Virus record (IMG/VR): IMGVR_UViG_3300042564_001295
Location: 1 to 57,576 of that record
Origin: a virus
Lineage: Duplodnaviria; Caudoviricetes
Strand: one strand, 5' to 3'
DNA: 57,576 bases
The notes under the pieces were generated by a model. That model was not told the DNA's origin. It worked only from the letters and a program-made list of their open reading frames with translations, and made no database searches. The first letter of the stretch is position 1, and every line of letters starts with the position of its first letter. Below, in pieces: positions 38,877 through 44,420 of this stretch. Position numbers and translations under genes: made by a program.

Positions 38877-39001
38877 ATAAAAAGGCACTTGCTGTGACGC
38901 TTGAATTCATGGTAGCCCTACTCTTCATGGCCGGTCCTTGTGCATAGTCGACATTGACAAGTTTTTCGGTGTTCCATTGTAGCTACTCAGCAAGTATTGA
39001 T

Positions 39002-39091
39002 TGGCGGAAGTAGTAGGATTCGAACCCACGGACCCTTTCGAGCCTTCAGTTTTCAAGACTGCTGCCTTAAGCCATGCTCAGCCATACTTCC
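39002..39091 (-). tRNA. tRNA-Ser(TGA)
   Basis: Long variable arm, loop CTTGAAA, G73. Confidence 0.92.
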
Positions 39092-39097
39092 ATATTT

Positions 39098-39173
39098 TGG
39101 CTCCCCGAGTACGGATCGAACGTACGACATCTTCGTTAACAGCGAAGCGCAACTACCTCTGTGCTATCGGGGA
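39098..39173 (-). tRNA. tRNA-Asn(GTT)
   Basis: Loop CTGTTAA, CCA. Confidence 0.92.
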
Positions 39174-39179
39174 ATTGAT

Positions 39180-39264
39180 TGGTGGAGATTACTGGGATCG
39201 AACCAGTCGTGCCCGAAGGCGGCGGATTTACAGTCCACTGCATCACCATTGATGCTTCATCTCC
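39180..39264 (-). tRNA. tRNA-Tyr(GTA)
   Basis: Long variable arm, loop CTGTAAA. Confidence 0.92.
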
Positions 39265-39270
39265 AATTAT

Positions 39271-39354
39271 TGGTGCCCAGGGAGAGACTCGAACTCTCAA
39301 TCCTTTCGGCAGTGGCTTCTAAGACCACCGTGTATACCATTCCACCACCTGGGC
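39271..39354 (-). tRNA. tRNA-Leu(TAG)
   Basis: Long variable arm, loop CTTAGAA. Confidence 0.93.
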
Positions 39355-39445
39355 AATACTTTACATATAAAAACACACTCAAGTCCGCGGCACGGAAGGC
39401 ACTATACCCGCAATGGTCTATGACCAGTCCTAATGTGTTTTTATA

Positions 39446-39520
39446 TGGAGACGCTACGGGGAATCGAACCCCGCTTTACGGGATGAAAACCCGTTATCCT
39501 GACCGATAGATGATAGCGTC
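39446..39520 (-). tRNA. tRNA-Glu(TTC)
   Basis: Loop TTTTCAT, CCA. Confidence 0.88.
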
Positions 39521-39575
39521 AAATTGTCTTTTAAATTTTTAAGGAGCATTGCTAAACTTGTTAGCGTATGTGACT

Positions 39576-39604
39576 ATTATATAGCCTATGCTACGCTGTG
39601 TCAA
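39576..39604 (-). promoter_or_regulatory. Consensus sigma70 promoter
   Basis: TTGACA-17nt-TATAAT. Confidence 0.85.
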
Positions 39605-39634
39605 TGCTTTTTTGAACTAATTGCAAAATATATT

Positions 39635-39709
39635 TGGTGGGCCCTGCTGGGATCGAACCAGCACTGTCGGTTTCGAAGACCGAAGTGATATCCATTTCAC
39701 TAAGGACCC
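39635..39709 (-). tRNA. tRNA-Arg(TCG)
   Basis: Loop CTTCGAA, CCA. Confidence 0.9.
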
Positions 39710-39710
39710 T

Positions 39711-39787
39711 TGGTGCGGCTGAAGGGATTCGAACCCCTGACCCACGAGGTAGAAGCTCGTTGCTCTAATCCACTGAGCTACAGCCGC
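39711..39787 (-). tRNA. tRNA-Arg(TCT)
   Basis: Loop CTTCTAC, CCA. Confidence 0.93.
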
Positions 39788-39796
39788 AATTAAAAT

Positions 39797-39870
39797 TGGT
39801 GCTCTTAGAAAGAATCGAACTTTCATTACTTCCATACCAAGGAGGCGTTCTACCATTTAACTATAAGAGC
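39797..39870 (-). tRNA. tRNA-Thr(GGT)
   Basis: Loop TTGGTAT, CCA. Confidence 0.88.
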
Positions 39871-39871
39871 A

Positions 39872-39949
39872 TGGTACCCCGGGTGAGATTCGAACTCACA
39901 CGATTCTCCTTTTGAGAGAGACGCCTCATACCAATTGGGCTACCGGGGC
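39872..39949 (-). tRNA. tRNA-Leu(CAA) with short variable loop
   Basis: Loop CTCAAAA, 5-nt variable region. Confidence 0.85.
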
Positions 39950-40004
39950 ATTGAATTAACACAAGTTGTTCACCGTACAACTTGTAAAACGGGGGTCTGT
40001 TGAA

Positions 40005-40221
40005 TTTGTAAGTAGTAGAGCCACTTTAATCTCTACCATTCACCCGATTGCACTGGTCCGGACGGGAAGTGGTGCATCACTTGGGATACTTGTCCAGCGT
40101 ATAGACCTTTCTACCTCGGACACTACGTGCCCGGGTGGGGATCGAACCCATTTGCCTTCTACTATAAAGTACCTTCGAAGAATACAGTATAGCGTGACTT
40201 TCTCTTGCTGACACTTACAAA
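40005..40221 (-). ncRNA. Structured ncRNA with T-loop and RNase P-like motifs
   Basis: Closing helix TTTGTAAGT/ACTTACAAA; GAGAAAGTCAC near 5' end; internal TGGGTTCGATCCCCA. Confidence 0.5.
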
Positions 40222-40224
40222 ACT

Positions 40225-40300
40225 TGGTGCACCCTGTTGGAATCGAACCAACTTCAACGGCTCTTCAGACCGCCGCTATGACCACATCAGCTAAAGGTGC
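40225..40300 (-). tRNA. tRNA-Phe(GAA)
   Basis: Loop CTGAAGA, CCA. Confidence 0.9.
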
Positions 40301-40307
40301 ATATACT

Positions 40308-40381
40308 TGGTAGTTCCTGAAAGAATCGAACTTTCGTCAATGCAATGTCAATGCACCATTCTCCCATTGAACTAAGGAACT
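40308..40381 (-). tRNA. tRNA-Val(GAC)
   Basis: Loop TTGACAT, CCA. Confidence 0.88.
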
Positions 40382-40393
40382 AAAATCTACTTA

Positions 40394-40466
40394 GGGGTGA
40401 CCACTGGGAATTGAACCCAGATAAGCGGAATCACAATCCACGACTTTACCATTAAGTTATGGCCAC
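40394..40466 (-). tRNA. tRNA-His(GTG), no encoded CCA or G-1
   Basis: Loop TTGTGAT, C73, ends CCT. Confidence 0.88.
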
Positions 40467-40484
40467 ACCTAAGTAGATTAAAAT

Positions 40485-40559
40485 TGGTACCGCCAAAAGG
40501 AATCAAACCTCTATTCCCACGTTCGTAGCGTAGTGTATTATTCATTATACTATGGCGAT
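40485..40559 (-). tRNA. tRNA-Arg(ACG), somewhat degenerate
   Basis: Loop CTACGAA; D-loop GA and T-loop TTTGATT deviate. Confidence 0.75.
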
Positions 40560-40564
40560 ATATT

Positions 40565-40638
40565 TGGCAGGGGCACTAGGGATCGAACCTAGACTGACAG
40601 AGTCAAAGTCTGTTGTGCTACCATTACACAATGCCCCA
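40565..40638 (-). tRNA. tRNA-Gln(TTG)
   Basis: Loop CTTTGAC, CCA. Confidence 0.92.
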
Positions 40639-40644
40639 ACAATT

Positions 40645-40718
40645 TGGAGCGGGATAGGAGAATCGAACTCCTGACTAAACCTTGGCAAGGTTTCGTTTGA
40701 CCATTAAACTAATCCCGC
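40645..40718 (-). tRNA. tRNA-Gly(GCC)
   Basis: Loop TTGCCAA, CCA. Confidence 0.92.
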
Positions 40719-40727
40719 ATAAAGATA

Positions 40728-40968
40728 TTAGTTAAAGACGCTGAGAGTTTTGGTTGACGTATTCGGTCCAGCCACCCAGTACTTACAGTACCGCTCTACT
40801 AGTCTAGCGTAACATGGAGCACCATTTGTCAACTAGGACCGCCCATGCTGTAAGCACTGATCCATCTTCGTCAACTGGAGTAAGGTTTATAACTATCAAC
40901 AACCGAAGTTTTCCACTCTTCCATCGTTTCTCTTGCGAGACTCCTTGGCACCTTGCGTCTTTAACTAA
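40728..40968 (-). ncRNA. Candidate structured ncRNA (~240 nt)
   Basis: Perfect 14-bp closing helix TTAGTTAAAGACGC/GCGTCTTTAACTAA plus nested helices. Confidence 0.55.
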
Positions 40969-40990
40969 CACATTTAGTTATCTTTAAATT

Positions 40991-41065
40991 TGGTGGTAAC
41001 GGTGAGATTCGAACTCACACCGGGCAGCGTATGAAGCTGTTGCACAACCATTATGCTACGTTACC
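40991..41065 (-). tRNA. tRNA-Met(CAT) elongator (or Ile2)
   Basis: Loop TTCATAC, paired 1:72, CCA. Confidence 0.88.
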
Positions 41066-41145
41066 ATAGAAAAACACACTCGGGGATGTGCTGAAAGTAC
41101 CCCTTGTTGATCCTAAATCTTTATGTTTTAGAATGTGTTTGTCTA

Positions 41146-41221
41146 TGGTAGGACCGCCCGGACTCGAACCGGGAATTGGCAGATTAAAAGTCTGCTGTGA
41201 TAACCATTTCACCACGATCCC
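41146..41221 (-). tRNA. tRNA-Lys(TTT)
   Basis: Loop CTTTTAA, CCA. Confidence 0.93.
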
Positions 41222-41226
41222 ATGTA

Positions 41227-41303
41227 TGGTCCACAGCGTCAGATTCGAACTGACACCTCATCGGTTAAGAGCCGAGTACGCTACCGTTAAACGCCAGCTG
41301 TGG
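41227..41303 (-). tRNA. tRNA-Lys(CTT)
   Basis: Loop CTCTTAA, CCA. Confidence 0.85.
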
Positions 41304-41422
41304 ATAGTTACGTATTGAATTTTCTTTTACGTGCCTATCCAAGACCATACATGGGATCTCAGAAGACACTAAAGTTTAGCAGAGCTTCGCTTCATTGTGT
41401 TACCTCTTTTGTTTATGTGTTA

Positions 41423-41451
41423 ATTATACACTTAGTCACGACTGTTGTCAA
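41423..41451 (-). promoter_or_regulatory. Consensus sigma70 promoter
   Basis: TTGACA-17nt-TATAAT. Confidence 0.85.
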
Positions 41452-41563
41452 TCGCTTTCTTTTGTGCTTGGCGTTCTGATTTCCAGAACACTCGTTTCCA
41501 ATCCTTAAGGTGTTTCCACCACTGAGGACTCTTTGTTAAGTTACCTTGTTTGACATTTGCCAT
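41432..41563 (-). CDS. Small basic Trp-rich protein (43 aa, not in ORF track)
   Basis: Own translation MANVKQGNLTKSPQWWKHLKDWKRVFWKSERQAQKKAIDNSRD; AAGGA RBS. Confidence 0.6.
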   Translation of the reverse strand: MANVKQGNLTKSPQWWKHLKDWKRVFWKSERQAQKKAIDNSRD

Positions 41564-41580
41564 ACTAGTTCCTTTATAAA

Positions 41581-41637
41581 ACAGGATGCTTATTTTTCAA
41601 TTAAAAGTTGAATTTTTGAATTTGCTGTTCGCATCCT
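41581..41637 (-). ncRNA. ACAGCAA-box RNA 5 displaying a Lys(UUU) anticodon stem-loop
   Basis: AGGATGC-GA-ACAGCAA..TTCAA-CTTTTAA-TTGAA..GCATCCT-GT. Confidence 0.7.
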
Positions 41638-41641
41638 AAAC

Positions 41642-41733
41642 TGGTACCAGCGGAGAGGATCGAACTCTCTCAAGAACGCTAATCTGGCGCTAAAAGGTGT
41701 ATAAGACCTCTCTGACTTCCAAGTCTCGCTGGC
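41642..41733 (-). tRNA. Atypical tRNA-Ile(TAT)-like
   Basis: Acceptor, T arm and CCA intact; minimal D arm, long variable arm; loop CTTATAC. Confidence 0.65.
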
Positions 41734-41741
41734 ATAAAAAT

Positions 41742-41817
41742 TGGTCTCTCTGCTAGGATTCGAACCTAGACCACACGGCCCCAAACCGTGTACGCAACCT
41801 GATAACGCTTCAAAGAG
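41742..41817 (-). tRNA. tRNA-Pro(TGG), second copy
   Basis: Loop TTTGGGG, CCA. Confidence 0.82.
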
Positions 41818-41824
41818 ATAAAAT

Positions 41825-41899
41825 TGGTGGAGGCCGAGGGAATCGAACCCTTCTAGACAAGATGCTTGCAAGGCAACTCCGTAGCCCACTACTGCCCCC
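41825..41899 (-). tRNA. Atypical tRNA-Ala(TGC) with truncated D arm
   Basis: G3:U70, loop CTTGCAA, D arm GTAG-TGGG-CTAC. Confidence 0.7.
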
Positions 41900-41906
41900 A
41901 ATTGTT

Positions 41907-41981
41907 TGGTACTGTCGACGGGTATCGATCCCGCTTCTCCACCTTGAAAGGGTAGCGTCCTAGCCACTAGACGACGACAGT
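41907..41981 (-). tRNA. tRNA-Glu(TTC), second copy
   Basis: Loop CTTTCAA; T-loop ATCGATA. Confidence 0.85.
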
Positions 41982-41988
41982 GTAAAAA

Positions 41989-42049
41989 ACAGGATAGCAT
42001 TTTTGGCTTTTTTTCAAGAAAAGGTTTTTAAATTTGCTGTTGCTATCCT
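41989..42049 (-). ncRNA. ACAGCAA-box RNA 6 displaying a Ser(UGA) anticodon stem-loop
   Basis: AGGATAGC-A-ACAGCAA..CTTTT-CTTGAAA-AAAAG..GCTATCCT-GT. Confidence 0.7.
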
Positions 42050-42054
42050 AAAAT

Positions 42055-42128
42055 TGGTCCTCTCGTATGGAATCGGACCATCATCGTTCGATTATCAGTC
42101 GAATGCTCTACCATTGAGCTACAAGAGG
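42055..42128 (-). tRNA. tRNA-Ile(GAT)
   Basis: Loop CTGATAA; T-loop TCCGATT. Confidence 0.85.
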
Positions 42129-42133
42129 AAATT

Positions 42134-42208
42134 TGGCGGCTCCAAGGAGAATCGAACTCCTATTAATGGCGTGACAAGCCACCGTACTAACCATTATACT
42201 ATGAAGCC
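42134..42208 (-). tRNA. tRNA-Asp(GTC)
   Basis: Loop TTGTCAC, G73, CCA. Confidence 0.92.
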
Positions 42209-42214
42209 AAATTT

Positions 42215-42302
42215 TGGTGGATCTTGATGGAATCGAACCACTTGCCGCCACCCCACTTGTTAATGGCTACCGGGTTACAGCCGGCAATGGGGGACAAGAT
42301 CC
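42215..42302 (-). tRNA. D-armless tRNA-Tyr(GTA)-like RNA
   Basis: GGATCTTG/CAAGATCC-A-CCA, GCCGG-CTGTAAC-CCGGT, T-loop TTCGATT, no D arm. Confidence 0.6.
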
Positions 42303-42583
42303 ATAACACACTCACGACCGGTAATTACCAATCCATAAGCAAACTATGTCTGCTTATAAAGAATGTGTATATTAAAACATACTGATAACGCCACTATGTG
42401 TACTGTACTGTGAGCACAGCCGTCCCTTTCAGTATGCTTTAATATGACAGATTTTTCGCTCTAGAAAAAGAGTTTCATCCTTGCCACCGCCCGTTCGCTC
42501 CGTGTTTTAAGTGCAGAGCCAGGACCTCGTTTCCTGTATATTCACACTTTGCTTCAACGACTGCCTTGGCAATCTCAGCGTCT

Positions 42584-42620
42584 AAAAACAAAAAACCCCA
42601 GGGTTTTTAATCCTAGGGTC
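42584..42620 (-). terminator. Intrinsic terminator (attenuator) ahead of the tRNA array
   Basis: GACCCTAGG/CCTGGGGTT hairpin followed by TTTTGTTTTT. Confidence 0.8.
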
Positions 42621-42647
42621 CTTGAAGTTTGTTATGTAAGTTTTAAG

Positions 42648-42794
42648 TTACACTACAGTCCTCCGGACCCTTGAAATCTCTGGTGTGCGATCATATGATA
42701 AACTTCCGCAATTAATCATAGACCAACCAGAGGCTATAAAGCCTGCCAATTTGGGCATTGTATTAAATTGTTGATGTTTAACGTTCGATTGCAT
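42648..42794 (-). CDS. Putative leader peptide (48 aa, all 20 amino acids; not in ORF track)
   Basis: Own translation MQSNVKHQQFNTMPKLAGFIASGWSMINCGSLSYDRTPEISRVRRTVV; lies between promoter and terminator. Confidence 0.7.
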   Translation of the reverse strand: MQSNVKHQQFNTMPKLAGFIASGWSMINCGSLSYDRTPEISRVRRTVV

Positions 42795-42852
42795 TTAGTT
42801 TCTCGTTTATCCTTTGTTGCCAACAAGCACCATTGCCTGCTAACTAGTCCTA

Positions 42853-42881
42853 ATTATAGTGCCTTTCAGCACACTTGTCAA
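42853..42881 (-). promoter_or_regulatory. Consensus sigma70 promoter of leader/tRNA array
   Basis: TTGACA-17nt-TATAAT. Confidence 0.9.
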
Positions 42882-42951
42882 CAACTTTTGAAATCTTTCT
42901 TTGTTGTATTTTCACAACACTGTCTGACGCCTTGCTTGCTAACTTGTTTCT

Positions 42952-43068
42952 ATTGTACAGTTAATTAGTCTCTGTGTCAACATGTTTTTGTCTTTTTGGA
43001 CAAATTGTTTTTCATAGACACCTTCTTAACAGTCTTTCTATTGTATGTTTATTTAGTCTCTTTGTCAA
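42952..43068 (-). promoter_or_regulatory. Two tandem related sigma70 promoters
   Basis: TTGACA-CAGAGACTAATTAACTG-TACAAT and TTGACA-AAGAGACTAAATAAACA-TACAAT. Confidence 0.75.
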
Positions 43069-43121
43069 GACCTATATGATAATGTGGCTTTTTTACAACA
43101 TCTAAAAAGCCACATTATGTT

Positions 43122-43250
43122 TTACAAAGTTTCGTAGTCAGCTTTGAAGCCGCCACACTCTGGGCAAGGAAAATCTTCGGGTAAGTCTTCCCATACGCCT
43201 TCTAGTTCTTCATCGTGGACATGGCCACAAATTACACATACATGATCCAT
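43122..43250 (-). CDS. Rubredoxin (42 aa, not in ORF track)
   Basis: Own translation MDHVCVICGHVHDEELEGVWEDLPEDFPCPECGGFKADYETL; two CxxC. Confidence 0.9.
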   Translation of the reverse strand: MDHVCVICGHVHDEELEGVWEDLPEDFPCPECGGFKADYETL

Positions 43251-43699
43251 TACAGTGTCTCCAATACTTGTTGATATGCTGCCGCATGACGCTGTTCAAC
43301 TTTTGCCAACGCCGCAAAACGCTTTGAAGCCTTTTCCAACACAGCTTTGAACTGTTGGGCATGTTCTTGTGACTCACGACCTTGCTCGTTGAATTCTTTG
43401 ACAGCTTCAATGTTGTGTTCAGCTTTGGCACGATATTCAAACTCTGGATACATTGTGGTGAACTCATATGTTTCGCCTTCGATGGCCAGCTCTAAACACT
43501 TACGAGTGTCGGGTTTGCCAATCAGCAAGTCCAAATGTCCCCATGCATGTTGCAGTTCTTGATCTGCTGTATGTTCAAAGTGTTGAGCAACTTCTTCAAA
43601 TCCTTCTGCACGGGCAATTCGGGCAAAGTAGCGGTACTTGATGTGTGCTTGTGACTCGCCGGCGAGTGCGGCCTCAAGATTTTTAATTGTGATAGACAT
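43250..43699 (-). CDS. Rubrerythrin (ferritin-like diiron)
   Basis: NLEAALAGESQA..ELQH..GETYE..MYPEF..ESQEH. Confidence 0.92.
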   Translation of the reverse strand: MSITIKNLEAALAGESQAHIKYRYFARIARAEGFEEVAQHFEHTADQELQHAWGHLDLLIGKPDTRKCLELAIEGETYEFTTMYPEFEYRAKAEHNIEAVKEFNEQGRESQEHAQQFKAVLEKASKRFAALAKVEQRHAAAYQQVLETL

Positions 43700-43805
43700 A
43701 TTTCTCCTTTGTGTGTGTTGTCTTAGTTGTATTGTAATAGTATTTAACTATGAAATCAAGCAATTTATAGGTTTTTGCTATGGTATTTTTTAATGGCTTT
43801 CATAG

Positions 43806-44420
43806 CTAAAATTTATAACCAAACCGTTCAATATCTTCCTTGAACACGTCTGCTACGATTGCTTTAGTTTGTTTGTTGTAAAACTTTTTATAACTGGGAA
43901 GTTTTTTAGGTAAATCCAATGGAGTTTTTGTGCAAAAATAATCTTGTAATGTTTGAAAATCTTCTGCTATAGTATTATCTTTTAAAATATAATCCACAGT
44001 TTTCGATTCGCCGTCTTGTACATAATCAAACCATCTGCACATGGGTGTTGCCAGTGTAAACCAGAACTTGTCAGTTGGTTGCATTGTGGGCAAACTATTA
44101 ATGAACTCGTCAAAGCTATCCAATTGCAATAATTTCAAATACGAATCATTGCTTATTTCTTTCATCTTACAAAGCTGAGTGTATGCATAACGCATACGTG
44201 CCCACGGATTAACTACTATACTGATTGTCTTTATTCCCGGGTATATATCATCTACTTGTTCCAACTTCCAAAATTCAGTTTCAATTTCTATATCTCGTAT
44301 GTATCTAAACTTTGCTGAGGAATTATTAACAAACCAAAATTTAATACAGGTACCATAAAACACAAATGGTGGGAACACTGTTGTAAAAAAAGAATCGTCG
44401 GTTTTATAAGTCAAGTTCAT
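43806..44420 (-). CDS. Sulfotransferase family 2-like protein
   Basis: VVNPWARMRYAY and FKEDIERFGYKF C-terminus; 5'-PSB motif degenerate. Confidence 0.65.
   Translation of the reverse strand: MNLTYKTDDSFFTTVFPPFVFYGTCIKFWFVNNSSAKFRYIRDIEIETEFWKLEQVDDIYPGIKTISIVVNPWARMRYAYTQLCKMKEISNDSYLKLLQLDSFDEFINSLPTMQPTDKFWFTLATPMCRWFDYVQDGESKTVDYILKDNTIAEDFQTLQDYFCTKTPLDLPKKLPSYKKFYNKQTKAIVADVFKEDIERFGYKF

Noticed and set aside
38997-42227. ORF-track frames over the tRNA array (38997..39509, 39617..39856, 41590..42000, 42003..42227, also 37157..37450, 34563..34760, 34670..34876)
   Set aside because: They overlap clear tRNA/ncRNA genes and have no protein-like motifs; chance frames
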